A stretch of DNA of 63,810 nucleotides, the filler included, from an uncultured Acidimicrobiia bacterium (GTDB lineage: Bacteria; Actinomycetota; Acidimicrobiia; Spongiisociales; JAOTWH01), in assembly GCA_964347285.1 (NCBI GenBank). It is 3 parts of 3 records of this genome, joined end to end, with 100 filler letters (N's around TTAATTAATTAA, not from the genome) between each part and the next. Parts side by side here need not be neighbours in the genome. Positions count along the whole stretch, not along the records: positions 1 to 21,964 come from CAYFYE010000040.1; positions 22,065 to 43,333 come from CAYFYE010000041.1; 1 more part is not named here. The stretch is one strand, 5' to 3'. Numbering within the stretch: the first letter of the stretch is position 1; each line of letters opens with the position of its first letter. A program made the position numbers and the translations under genes. Positions 21,092-30,660 of the stretch are shown piece by piece. The notes under the pieces are model-generated. The model saw only the letters and a program-made list of their open reading frames with translations, searched no databases and was not told the DNA's origin.

Positions 21092-21964
21092 TCATCCTTG
21101 GGCGTCGAGGAACGCAGCCACCTCCTCGGCCGGGTAGACCGTCTCGCAGGGCACCCCGTTGCGATCGGCGTCCATGCGGTCGGGCCGCCCCTCCGCCTCC
21201 CAGTAGGCGTAGGCGTCCGCGTACCCGTACCCCTCCTCCGCCAGATCGCGGCAGAAGAGGCCGGCCGGCAACCCGACGGGCCCGCCCCCGGCGTCCGGCG
21301 CCACCGCGGTGAGGGCGTCGGCGCCGACCAGGAACGCCGCCTGCCAAACCGGCCGGGCGGGAACATCACCGCTGTCGAGCAGCTGGCGCCACTCCTCGTC
21401 GGTGAGCCGTCCTTGAGCGGCGGGCCGCCAGAACTCGTAGTACGAGTAGACGCCGCCTCGCGCCACTTGGGGGATACCCTCGTCGTTGGGGACCAGGACG
21501 TAGATGAAGTCGATGCGGCCGGTGCCCAGCTCCAGGACGTCGAACGTGCTGCGGAAGATGTCCGCTACTAGCGCCGCCTCGGCGTCGGCCGGCGCCGGGA
21601 GCGGGGTGTCGGGATCGAGGTCGGCCGACTGGAGCCACAGCAGTTCCAGCCACGGGCCGGTCGCCTGGAGCCAGAGGTTGTCCTCCTCGGAGATCGGCCG
21701 CCCGGCCAGCTCATCGGCGGCGAGTCGCTCCAGCTCGGTGATGAAGCTGTAGACGTTGTCGATCAGCTCGTCGAGGTCTTCGGGCAGCAGCCCGCGGGTC
21801 GCCAGGCCGTCTCGGGCCAGCGCCACCACCGCTGCCAGCCGGCCGAAGGCCACCGGGTCGGGCTCCACCCAGTGGCGGGGCTCGAACTCGGGAGGCTCGA
21901 TGCCGGCTTCGGCGGCGAAGCCCTGCTTGGCGTAGAGGATGGTGTCGTGTTTCAGCTCGGTGTA
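21092..21964 (-). CDS. DUF3160-family protein (3' part) with C-terminal excalibur-like Ca-binding module
   Basis: YTELKHDTILYAKQ, WVEP.P, ALVADIF, ARGGVYSYYEF, RLTDEEWR; tail GLFCRDL...DADRNGVPCE; cut by the contig end. Confidence 0.8.
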   Translation of the reverse strand, partial: YTELKHDTILYAKQGFAAEAGIEPPEFEPRHWVEPDPVAFGRLAAVVALARDGLATRGLLPEDLDELIDNVYSFITELERLAADELAGRPISEEDNLWLQATGPWLELLWLQSADLDPDTPLPAPADAEAALVADIFRSTFDVLELGTGRIDFIYVLVPNDEGIPQVARGGVYSYYEFWRPAAQGRLTDEEWRQLLDSGDVPARPVWQAAFLVGADALTAVAPDAGGGPVGLPAGLFCRDLAEEGYGYADAYAYWEAEGRPDRMDADRNGVPCETVYPAEEVAAFLDAQG

Positions 21965-22064
21965 NNNNNNNNNNNNNNNNNNNNNNNNNNNNNNNNNNNN
22001 NNNNNNNNTTAATTAATTAANNNNNNNNNNNNNNNNNNNNNNNNNNNNNNNNNNNNNNNNNNNN
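21965..22064. other. artificial contig linker (N + TTAATTAATTAA + N)
   Basis: Six-frame-stop 12-mer between N runs; genes on both sides are truncated. Confidence 0.97.
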
Positions 22065-22776
22065 GCAGGCCGATCGCCATGTTCAGGCCGGACCCCTTGT
22101 ACCCGCCGATCGGGAGCAGAAAGCCTTCATCGGCACGCTTGGGATCGGTGATCGGGTTGCCGTCGAGGTCGATGACCCATCCCTCGGGCATGGCCTCCCC
22201 AGACTGGGCAAGCACCTTGATCGTCCCGTGTGACGTCACGGTGGTCGCGATATCGAGCTGGAATGGGGACTCCTCACCCGCCGGGATGGCGATCGAGATC
22301 GGGTTGGTCCCCAGCAGGCGATCGCGACCGCCCCACGGCGGCATCACGTTGGCGCTCGCCACCGCCATGTAGATGGCGATGAGATCCTGTTCCAGGGCGA
22401 GCGCGGTGTAGACGCCTGCGGCGCCCGCGTGGTTGGAGCGGACGGTGCCAACCCAGGCCATGCCGGCGCCCGTCGCCTTTTCGATGGCCGTCTCCGCGGC
22501 AAGGGTCATGACGACCTGCCCGAAGCCGTTGTCGCCGTCGACCAGTGCACTCACCGGCGTATCCCGCAGCCGTCTTATCTCGGGCCGGAGGTTGATGCCA
22601 CCCGCCTCGATGCGGGCTACGTACTGGGGAACCCGGATCAGGCCATGGCCGGTGCGCCCTCGGAGATCGGCCTCGAGGAGTCGGCGAGCGGTGATGCGGG
22701 CGTGCTCCTCGATAACGCCGAGACGCGTGAGTAGATCGACGACGAAGCCGTCGATGCGCTCCAGCGAGAGCCTCAA
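22065..22776 (-). CDS. Ldh_2 family (malate/L-lactate/sulfolactate/ureidoglycolate type) oxidoreductase, 3' truncated
   Basis: ADLRG..GHGL.R, VDGDNGFGQV, SNHAGA, GTNPISIAIP, LDIATT, GGYKGSGL. Confidence 0.9.
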
Positions 22777-23156
22777 TGCTCGAACTGCTCGACGGTCTTC
22801 CCGGTGTCGGCGTACGTTCGCGTGACGTGGGTGCTCCCGTACACCCACAGGATCCGCATCGTGGACTCGCCGTTGTTGATGAAGCGATGAAGCTCACCCG
22901 GGAAGATCTGCGTCGTGTCGTAAGGTCTTGCCGGGACCTGCTTACCGTTCAGCTCTGCCAGCCCCTCTCCTTCGATGACCGTTACCTGCTCGACGGTGTT
23001 GTGGCTATGGAGTCGGATGCTCGTCCCGGGCGGGAAGCTGGTGACGCCCATGGTGAAGTCCTGACCCTCGACGGGAGTGGGAGTCAGCGGGACGCTCTCG
23101 ATCCCTTCCCCGCGCGCAACGGGCTTCACCTCGTCGAATCTGATCAGTCCTGCCAT
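22773..23156 (-). CDS. cupin domain protein
   Basis: PPG..I.LHSHNTVEQV.VIEG, PGELHRFIN. Confidence 0.85.
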   Translation of the reverse strand: MAGLIRFDEVKPVARGEGIESVPLTPTPVEGQDFTMGVTSFPPGTSIRLHSHNTVEQVTVIEGEGLAELNGKQVPARPYDTTQIFPGELHRFINNGESTMRILWVYGSTHVTRTYADTGKTVEQFEH

Positions 23157-23175
23157 ACCGCGTCCTCCGTTGGTC

Positions 23176-23922
23176 TCATGCCATGAACCGGCCGCCGTTC
23201 ACCGACACGGTCTGTCCGGTCATGAATCCTGCTTCCGACGATGCCAGAAACAGCACCCACTCGGCAACCTCTTCCGGGCCCTGGTACCGGCCCAGGGGAA
23301 TGGTTGCCGCGGTTGCCCGCCTCTCGGCCTCGTCCCGCAATTGGCTGATTCTCTCGGTCATGACAGCAGACGGGGCCAGGGCGTTGACCGTTATCCCGGC
23401 TCCAGCCAGTTCCCATGCCATCACCCGCGTCAGAGCGTGGACCCCGGCCTTGGCGGCGGCATAAGCCGGTGCCGTTCGGTGGCTGGCAGTCTGGCCGGCC
23501 AGAGAGCCCAGGTTCACGATCCGCCCCGCCTCGGACTTGCGGAGTAGCGGCAAGGCGGCGCGGGTGGTCAAGAACACCGACGTGAGGTTGAGATCGACGA
23601 TCTGATGCCACTCGTCGAGTGTCGTGTCGTCCATGCCCCGCTGCTCCGGAAATCCGCCGGCGTTGTTGACCAGAACGTCAATGCGGCCGGATTCCTCTCT
23701 GATCTGGGACATGGCGTCCCTCACCTGCTGCTCCGAGGTGACGTCACAACGAATGAATGTCGAGTGCTCAATCTGTTGGGCCAGAGCAGCTCCTCCGTCG
23801 GAGTCAATGTCGAGGAGGTAGACGAAATCCATGGCACGACCGAAAGCGGCAGCGGTAGCCCGTCCGATGCCGAGCGCGGCGCCGGTCACGACGACGACCC
23901 GTCCGCCAGGCTCTCCACTCAC
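23176..23922 (-). CDS. SDR family oxidoreductase
   Basis: TGAALGIG, NNAG, YAAAK, TGQTVSVNGG. Confidence 0.92.
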   Translation of the reverse strand: MSGEPGGRVVVVTGAALGIGRATAAAFGRAMDFVYLLDIDSDGGAALAQQIEHSTFIRCDVTSEQQVRDAMSQIREESGRIDVLVNNAGGFPEQRGMDDTTLDEWHQIVDLNLTSVFLTTRAALPLLRKSEAGRIVNLGSLAGQTASHRTAPAYAAAKAGVHALTRVMAWELAGAGITVNALAPSAVMTERISQLRDEAERRATAATIPLGRYQGPEEVAEWVLFLASSEAGFMTGQTVSVNGGRFMA

Positions 23923-24839
23923 GTCTTCGCCAATTCGAACAGGTCTTCGGAAAGCCCCCGGTGTGCGAGCGCGATCGCGGGAGCAGATGCTTCGAGAAAC
24001 TCATTGCGCTCGTCGTCCGTCAGGTCGACGAACTCGATCCCGGCCTCCTCCATGGAAGCTCGCAGCGATGCTTCGAGGTCGGCCGCCACCGCGCGCTGCG
24101 CGTCGATCGCGGTGCGAACTGCCCGCTCGACGACCCGGCGAAGATCGCCCGAAAGGGATTCGAAGGTCGGGCGATGGGCGAAGAGACCCCGGGCGCCGTA
24201 GAGATGGCCGGTCATGGTGACATAGGGGTGAACCTGATCCACGCTGTAGGCGACCGTATTGGCTAGCGGATTCTCCTGGGCATCCACCTCGAGCCGCTCG
24301 ATGAGCCTGATGGCCGCGCTGAGCTCGACCGCAACCGGGATGCCGCCCCAGGACCGGATCAACTCCTCGTGGATCTCGTTCGGCTGCATTCGCACCGTCA
24401 TCCCTCGGCAATCGACGGGTGTCCGCACCGGGCGCAGCCGATTGGTCAGATGCCGGAAGCCGTTGTCCCAGAACCCGAGAGCTTCGAAGCCGGTCGAGGA
24501 GCGAACCGCTTGTTGCAGGGCCTTCCCCAGCGCTCCGTCGAGCGCACGGTGCGCCTCCTCGAGGGATGCGAAGAGGAACGGCGTCTCCAGTACGTTGAGC
24601 TCGGGAACACGCTCACCGAGGTAGCTCGATGAGAAGTAGCAGAGGAACATGTCGCCGGCCTCCACCAGCTCGAACAGATCGGTGTTGGGCCGTCCCTCGT
24701 CCATGATGTTCCAGGTGATGTCCACCGCAAGCTCGCCGTCGGTCTCGGACTCGACGATGCGGCGGAACGCGGCAAGGCCGTGGCCGTGGGCGCTCTTCTC
24801 AGGGCCATACCCCCCAATCCAGAGGGTTTCCCGGCTCAT
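23919..24839 (-). CDS. TRAP substrate-binding protein (DctP-like) without a signal peptide
   Basis: LETPFLF, FWDNGFRHLTN..RPVRTP.D..G..VR, VDAQENPL. Confidence 0.85.
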   Translation of the reverse strand: MSRETLWIGGYGPEKSAHGHGLAAFRRIVESETDGELAVDITWNIMDEGRPNTDLFELVEAGDMFLCYFSSSYLGERVPELNVLETPFLFASLEEAHRALDGALGKALQQAVRSSTGFEALGFWDNGFRHLTNRLRPVRTPVDCRGMTVRMQPNEIHEELIRSWGGIPVAVELSAAIRLIERLEVDAQENPLANTVAYSVDQVHPYVTMTGHLYGARGLFAHRPTFESLSGDLRRVVERAVRTAIDAQRAVAADLEASLRASMEEAGIEFVDLTDDERNEFLEASAPAIALAHRGLSEDLFELAKT

Positions 24840-25102
24840 GCGACGGCGCTCTGGGAGCGGTCGGGACGCCTGTTGTCGAGAGGTTCGATGAGCGATCGTA
24901 GGCAGGATCATTCCGTCGGGCCACCTCGTAAGGCGAGGCCGCGGGCATCGGTGCTCTCCGGGTAGGCCGCCCAGCGTTTTGGTGCCGGTAAATGCCCCGC
25001 CGATCGTCATGACACCGTCCCGACCCTGGCGAGCGTCTCGCAGGGGTCGAGGTGGCCCGGGCTCACGATCTCGCCCACGACCGCCGGGATCGTGGAACAG
25101 GG

Positions 25103-25225
25103 GGAGTGCAGTTCGTGGGCCGCTACGGCGACGAGGCGACGCTGTTCCGGCTGGCCTCCCAGCTGGAGCAGGCCCGCGCCTGGGGGGAGCGGCGCCCGGC
25201 GATGGCCGATCACTCGGGGGAGTGA
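25103..25225 (+). pseudogene. amidase C-terminal fragment
   Basis: [30 protein letters not shown]. Confidence 0.75.
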
Positions 25226-25234
25226 GCGCCGGGG

Positions 25235-25390
25235 TTCTTGCAACGCCGGAATGGCGTGGCTGCAGACATCCGAGGGGAGCGACACCGTCGCATGCCCGAG
25301 CCGCTCTGACACCACCTTGGGGTGCACACCGGCCTGGAGGGCCAGAGTGGCGTGTGTGTGGCGCAGACCGTGGAGCGACAGCTTCGGCAG
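25235..25390 (-). pseudogene. tyrosine integrase C-terminal fragment
   Basis: LHGLRHTHATLALQAGVHPKVVSERLGH...DVCSH; catalytic Tyr position reads Cys. Confidence 0.85.
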
Positions 25391-25412
25391 GCCGAGCGAC
25401 ACCGATCCACGA

Positions 25413-25812
25413 TCAGCCATCAGAGCCGGGCGGCAGCTCGTAGCCGGCCGCCGCCAGCGAGCCCGCTCCACCCCAGCCCCACACGAGCACGACATCCTCA
25501 TCGCCGGTGTTGTTGAAGCCATGCCAATGGCCCCGGGACGTATAGACGACGTCGCCTTTTGCGGCGGGCCGATCCTCGTCATCCGTGTGATCATTCCGTG
25601 TCCCTGGAGGACGATGAAGAACTCGTCGGCGTTGGGATGGCGGTGGCGGTCGTGGCGAGCACCCGGCGGCAGGACGGTCCAGCCCACCAAGAGATCGTCG
25701 GATCCGGAGGCGTGATCGATCAGGAATTGGACCTGCATATCGACCCAGCCGTCGTCGGCCCGCAGGCCGCGCTCGACCGCTACGTCGCGGAGGTTGGTGC
25801 GATACGGGTCAC
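25413..25812 (-). pseudogene. cupin domain gene with frameshift near 25590
   Basis: LPPGARHDRHRHPNADEFF then GDVVYTSRGHWHGFNNTG in a shifted frame. Confidence 0.75.
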
Positions 25813-26175
25813 TTACGACATCCCCGCAAGCATGTGATGGACGTCGAATACGGTCACGAAGTCCCGGTGATCGATGCCCCGCCCGCGGCAGGCGTTGAGC
25901 ATCTCGTTGGCGGCGGCCGCCAGCGGGACCGGCACGCCCGACCGCCGAGCGACCTCGAGTGCCAGGATCATGTCCTTTTGCTGGAGGGTCACGTCGGCCA
26001 GCGGCACGTCGGGCATGTCCAGGATGAAGGGCCCTCGATAACCCATGACGGGGGAGGCGACCACGCTCTTGAGCATGGCGTCGACGGCGATATCTCGGGG
26101 CACGCCCTCTTTCTCGGCGAGCGCCACAGCCTCACAGAAGGCGACCATCTCGACGATGAGCGCCAGGTTGCCGGT
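25813..26175 (-). pseudogene. 3-hydroxyisobutyrate-dehydrogenase-family C-terminal fragment
   Basis: NLAL...AFCEAVALAEKEGV, KDMILALE..R..GVPVPLAAAA; cut off at the tRNA fragment. Confidence 0.8.
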
Positions 26176-26179
26176 CGTT

Positions 26180-26229
26180 TTGCCTTCACACGGCAGAGGT
26201 CACTTGTTCGATCCCAGTAACGCCCACCA
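26180..26229 (+). mobile_element. 3' half of tRNA-Val(CAC), att-site remnant
   Basis: Anticodon arm TTGCC-TTCACAC-GGCAG, T arm GTTCGATCCCAGT, acceptor 3' strand + CCA; no D arm or 5' acceptor strand upstream. Confidence 0.85.
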
Positions 26230-26259
26230 CAGAATCCCCAGCGAGTATTGGAGACTCTG

Positions 26260-26790
26260 AGGGCCTCGGGGGAGCGCGGAGGTTGCGGATCCGGTCGCAC
26301 GGGTACCGAGACTTGACAAGTTGTGCCACGCAGCGTTCAGTCTTTCGGTCGCCGCCTCATCGAGGCCATCGAACAGACGACCGTAGGTGTCGAGTGTCGT
26401 CCTGATTGAAGCGTGGCCGAGACGCTGCTGAATGACCTTGGGCTGCTCGCCGTGCGCGATCAGAAGAGCGGCATGGCTGTGCCTGAGGTCGTGGAACCTG
26501 CACGGCTCGCTTACCGAAGCTCGGACCGCGGGCCGCCAAACTCGGCGGCGGACGTTGGAGGCCCGAAGTGGCCCTCCATGGGAGGATGGGAACACAAGAC
26601 CCTCGGTCGACCTGTAGCTTGCGAGGTGTTCAGCCAGCACCTCCACCAAGAAAGCTGGGAGTCGCGACCGACGAGAGCGAAGAACGCCTCGCAGAAGTCG
26701 TCGAGGACACCGAAGCGCGTTGCCCGGTTTCAACCTGCTCCAGGACGTCGACGTCAGTCTGGTAGTGCGCTGGGTGCGGCAGCTGAACAC
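26260..26790 (-). pseudogene. tyrosine integrase, C-terminal catalytic part
   Basis: GLVFPS..GGPLR.SN.RRR.WRPA, FHDLRHSHA.LLI..G..PKVIQQRLGHASIRTTLDTYG; N-terminus missing. Confidence 0.88.
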
Positions 26791-26818
26791 GTCGTAGCGG
26801 CCTCCGGTTCCGAATCAG

Positions 26819-27328
26819 CTACGACGGCAGGCCGCGCAGGGCTTCGATCACGTCGTCGAGGTCGGGGAGCACGAGCGGGTCGTCGGACTGCCACCGATAA
26901 CGAATCGAGCCATCGGTGTCGAGCAGGAACACCGACCGTTTGGCGAGGCCGACGTGGCCCTTCCAGACGTCGTACTGGGCTCCGTACGACGCCGACACCG
27001 TTCCCTCCCAGTCCGACAACATTGGGAAGTCGACCCCGAGGGACTGGCCAAAGGCGACCTGGGAGAAGGTCGCCGTAACGGCCACCGCCACCGGCTCTGC
27101 GCCCAACGTACGGATCTCTTCTGTCCGTTGTCCCAACTGGGACAGCGCTTGCCCTCAGTACTCCCCGTAGTCGAACACGTAGAACACGAGGACCACCGGG
27201 CCCCGCGCCAAGAAGTCGGAGAGGACCACTGACTCCTCGAACGTCCGTCGAAGCGTGAACTCGGGCGCACCGTCGCCCACGTCGAGGACGTCGGACTTCC
27301 CGGCCTGGCTGAAATCGCGCCCGCTCAC
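26819..27328 (-). CDS. peroxiredoxin-like (AhpC/TSA) selenoprotein, Sec58 encoded by in-frame TGA
   Basis: AGGAGG RBS + GTG; VGDGAPEFTL...LSDFLARGPVVLVFYVFDYGEY-TGA-GQALSQL...FPMLSD...KRSVFLLD.DG.IRY in one frame; final stop is TAG. Confidence 0.8.
27129..27144 (-). promoter_or_regulatory. candidate bacterial SECIS hairpin
   Basis: UGUCCC-AGUU-GGGACA beginning 10 nt 3' of the UGA (27155-27157); G-containing apical loop. Confidence 0.65.
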
Positions 27329-27408
27329 GTACACCCTCCTGGACGAGTACGCGAGCGTAGTGCCGCAGTCCCGCCGGCTGCCGTCAGGCTTTCTAGCATC
27401 GGCCGGCG

Positions 27409-28779
27409 ATGAGCGCCGACCTCGCCGTCACCGGAGGCACTGTCGTGGGCTCGCGCGGAAGGCGCAGCGCTCACGTCTACGTCGACGACGGGAAGGTCGT
27501 TGACATCAGCCCCGAGGTTCGCCCGGCCCGCCGGACGTTCGACGTCACCGGGCTGTTCGTGCTCCCCGGGATGGTGGACAGCCACGTCCATCTCATGGAT
27601 CCGGGCCCGACCGATCGTGAGGACTTCCCGACCGGTACGAGGGCAGCGGCCGCCCGGGGCGTGACCACCATCGTGGAGCACACCCACGCCAACCCCGTTC
27701 GGAGCGTGGCCGACCTGACCGCCAAAGTCGAGCACCTCGCCCGCCGGTCGAACGTCGATTTCGGGCTGGCAGCTCACACCTGGCCCGACCGGATCGGCGA
27801 CCTCGCCTCACTCTGGGAGGCCGGGGTGACCTTCTTCAAGATCTTCACTTGCACGACGCATGGGGTACCCGGCCTGGATCGGGATGCGCTCCACGAAGCC
27901 CTATCCGCGATCGCTGGCTTCGGTGGAACGTGCCTGATCCATTGCGAGGACGAGGCGATGACTGCTGCGGCCGAGCGCCGCTTGCGGGACGCCGGGCGGA
28001 CCGACGGTTTCGTCATCCCGGAGTGGCGGAGCCGGGAAGCAGAGGAGACCGCGGTCGTCGTTGTGGCGGATCTAGTGGCAACGACCGGAGTTCGGGCAAC
28101 GATCGCCCACGTGAGCAGCCCCGCCGTCGCCGACATCATCGAGCGGGCCCGCGCCCGAGGCGCAGATCTCGCCGCCGAGGCCTGTCCGCAGTATTTCGCG
28201 CTGCGCGAGGACGAGGTGATCGAGTGGGAGGCGCTGCGGAAGTTCACCCCGCCGGCGCGTGCCCGCTCCGACGCCGATGAGCAGGCAATGTGGGATCTGG
28301 TCCGCCGCGGCGTCCTGACCCACTTCTCCACCGATCACGCCCCCTCCACCCGTGAGCAGAAGCTGGCTGGCGACATCTGGGAAGCACCGTTCGGCCTTCC
28401 CGGACTCGATACAACGACGCCGTTTCTCCTCAACGCCGCGTCTCACTCCCTTCTCACGCTCGAAGACGTCGTCGTGATGTACTCCGAGGCGCCCGCGCGC
28501 CGCTACGGCCTCTACCCGCGAAAGGGTCGCCTCGGGCCCGGGTCCGACGCGGACATGATCATCGTCGACGAGACCCGCCGTTGGACCGTGGCGGATGACG
28601 ACATCATCTCCAAGGCCGCCTGGTCGCCCTACGCCGGCCGGGAGTTCGCGGGCGGGGTGACCGCGACGCTGCTACGGGGCGAGGTCATCGCCGTCGACGG
28701 AATCCCCAGAGACGAGCGGTCGGGCCGCTTCCTCCCCGGTCCAGGACGTCGCCGACAACGAGAGAAAGAGGAACCATGA
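27409..28779 (+). CDS. cyclic amidohydrolase (allantoinase/dihydroorotase/dihydropyrimidinase family)
   Basis: LPGMVDSHVH, GT.AAAARGVTT, FKIF, HCED, HVSS, KFTPP.R, TDHAP, GSDAD. Confidence 0.88.
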   Translation: MSADLAVTGGTVVGSRGRRSAHVYVDDGKVVDISPEVRPARRTFDVTGLFVLPGMVDSHVHLMDPGPTDREDFPTGTRAAAARGVTTIVEHTHANPVRSVADLTAKVEHLARRSNVDFGLAAHTWPDRIGDLASLWEAGVTFFKIFTCTTHGVPGLDRDALHEALSAIAGFGGTCLIHCEDEAMTAAAERRLRDAGRTDGFVIPEWRSREAEETAVVVVADLVATTGVRATIAHVSSPAVADIIERARARGADLAAEACPQYFALREDEVIEWEALRKFTPPARARSDADEQAMWDLVRRGVLTHFSTDHAPSTREQKLAGDIWEAPFGLPGLDTTTPFLLNAASHSLLTLEDVVVMYSEAPARRYGLYPRKGRLGPGSDADMIIVDETRRWTVADDDIISKAAWSPYAGREFAGGVTATLLRGEVIAVDGIPRDERSGRFLPGPGRRRQREKEEP

Positions 28780-29174
28780 AGGTCCACAACCCATCAACCG
28801 TGGCGCCGCCCTTCGCCACCTACGTTCATGCCATCGAGATCGACGAGCCGGTCCGCCTGCTCTTTGGCGCCGGACAGGTCGGCGTGGATGAGGACGGCAA
28901 CGTCGGCGAGGGAATCGAGGAGCAGGCTCGGCTCGTGTGGCGCAACATCAGGGAGGTGCTGGCTTCGGCCGGGATGGAGATCAGCGACATCGTTCAGCTG
29001 AACATGCTTCTGATCGATCGGGACGATGCACCGGCGGCCCGAGCCGTCCGCTCGGAGGCGCTCGGCGACCACCGGCCGGCTTCCACGCTCATGTACATCT
29101 CCGGGCTCTCCCGCCCGGAGTGGCGCATCGAGATCGACTACATTGCCGCCAGGGCAACCGGCGAATCTTCGTAA
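28776..29174 (+). CDS. RidA/YjgF family protein
   Basis: AGQVG, EQARLVWRNI..VL..AG, RPASTL..ISGL..PEWRIEID. Confidence 0.88.
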   Translation: MKVHNPSTVAPPFATYVHAIEIDEPVRLLFGAGQVGVDEDGNVGEGIEEQARLVWRNIREVLASAGMEISDIVQLNMLLIDRDDAPAARAVRSEALGDHRPASTLMYISGLSRPEWRIEIDYIAARATGESS

Positions 29175-29206
29175 GGTACGGCTCCGACGCACACAGGTGG
29201 AGACGA

Positions 29207-30199
29207 ATGACCGACGCGACAAGGCTGGCTTCGGTCGGGTTGGGATGGTGGGGCAACGTGCTTGCAGACGCCGCGGTGGCGGCGGGCGCCGAGCTCGTGG
29301 CCTGCTTCGCCCGCACCCCCGAGGCCCGAGCGGAGTTCGCCGACAAGCACGGGTGCGCGGCAGCGCCGAGCTACGAGGCGATTCTCGAGGATCCTTCGAT
29401 CGACGGGGTGGTGCTCGCCACGCCGCACACTACCCACGCCGACGCCATCGTCGATGCGGCCCGCGCCGGAAAGCACGTGTTCGTGGAGAAGCCGCTCGCC
29501 CTCACGGTTGGCGACGCCCAGCGAGCGATCGTTGCCATCGAAGAGGCGGGCACGGTGCTCGTCGTCGGTCACAACCGCCGCCGCCAGCCCGCGATGCGCC
29601 GGCTCAAGGAGATGATCACCGGCGGCGACCTCGGGCTGGTCGTGGCCGTCGAGACCAACCAGTCGACGCCCAATGCCCTCGGGTTTGCACCGGGGTACTG
29701 GCGAGCAGACCGGGCAGAAAACCCGCTGGGGAGCATGGCCAACCTGGGCGTGCACATGATCGACACGATGAGCTACCTGCTGGGTCCGATCGACCGGGTC
29801 TTCGCATTCAGCAGCGTGCTCATCGAGTGGCCGCCGATCGATGACACCACGACCGTGGTCATGGAGTTCGAGTCGGGCCCGCTGGGTTATCTCGGCACCT
29901 CCTTCGTGGTTCCCCGCACGACGACCGTTATCGTGCGCGGCACGGATGGCTCGGCGACGTCGACCGAGGACGGCGCCCGCTTCTTCGTTCAGGCCAGGGC
30001 CGATGCGGCAGAAACGGAGGTGCCGATCGAGCAGCTCGACACCGTCGCCGATGAGCTCGCTGAGTTCACCCGATGCATCACGGATGGTGCGACGCCGGAG
30101 ACCGGCGGCCCCGAGGGGCTCGAGGTGGTCGCCGTCATGGAGGCGATGACCGCTGCCGCCGAATCGGGAACGGTCCAGCGCGTGGCCGACTTCCGCTGA
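29207..30199 (+). CDS. Gfo/Idh/MocA family oxidoreductase
   Basis: VGLGWWG, ATPHTTH, AGKHVFVEKP, VGHNRR, GVHMID. Confidence 0.9.
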   Translation: MTDATRLASVGLGWWGNVLADAAVAAGAELVACFARTPEARAEFADKHGCAAAPSYEAILEDPSIDGVVLATPHTTHADAIVDAARAGKHVFVEKPLALTVGDAQRAIVAIEEAGTVLVVGHNRRRQPAMRRLKEMITGGDLGLVVAVETNQSTPNALGFAPGYWRADRAENPLGSMANLGVHMIDTMSYLLGPIDRVFAFSSVLIEWPPIDDTTTVVMEFESGPLGYLGTSFVVPRTTTVIVRGTDGSATSTEDGARFFVQARADAAETEVPIEQLDTVADELAEFTRCITDGATPETGGPEGLEVVAVMEAMTAAAESGTVQRVADFR

Positions 30200-30657
30200 T
30201 GGCTCGGAAGCTCACCCTCGGTGAGGCGGACCGAATCATCGACGCCGCCCTGGCCAAGGGCAGGGAGCTCGAGCTGGGCAGGCTGGCGGTCGTCGTGCTC
30301 GATGACGGCGGGCATCCGATCGCAATGAAGCGAGAGGACGGCAGCGAGTACCTCCGGCCCCGCATCGCCACCGCCAAGGCCTGGGGCGCGCTGGGCATGG
30401 GGCTTCCCAGTAGGCGTTTGTTCGAACGCTCCCAGAAGATGCCCGTGTTCATCTCCGCCCTCTCCGACCTGGCGGACGGTGGCCTGGTCGCCCTGCCCGG
30501 CGGCGTCATCATCAGGGACGAGGACGGGTCCATTCTGGGTGCTGTGGGCGTGTCGGGAGACGTCTCGGAGCCCGACGAGGTGTGCGCCACAGCCGGTGTC
30601 GAGGCCGTCGGTCTGATGGCGGATGTCGGGGACAACCCGGAGTGGAACCGCCCCTGA
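30199..30657 (+). CDS. GlcG/HbpS family heme-binding protein
   Basis: VVVLDDGG, IATAKAW, PGGVII....G.ILGAVGVSG..SEPDE.CA. Confidence 0.9.
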   Translation: MARKLTLGEADRIIDAALAKGRELELGRLAVVVLDDGGHPIAMKREDGSEYLRPRIATAKAWGALGMGLPSRRLFERSQKMPVFISALSDLADGGLVALPGGVIIRDEDGSILGAVGVSGDVSEPDEVCATAGVEAVGLMADVGDNPEWNRP

Positions 30658-30660
30658 GGC

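Noticed and set aside
21965..22064. TTAATTAATTAA as a biological motif, and gene adjacency across it
   Set aside because: Artificial contig linker, repeated at 43334-43433; neighbourhood across it is meaningless
26180..26229. Functional tRNA-Val
   Set aside because: 5' acceptor strand and D arm are missing and the T stem has a mismatch
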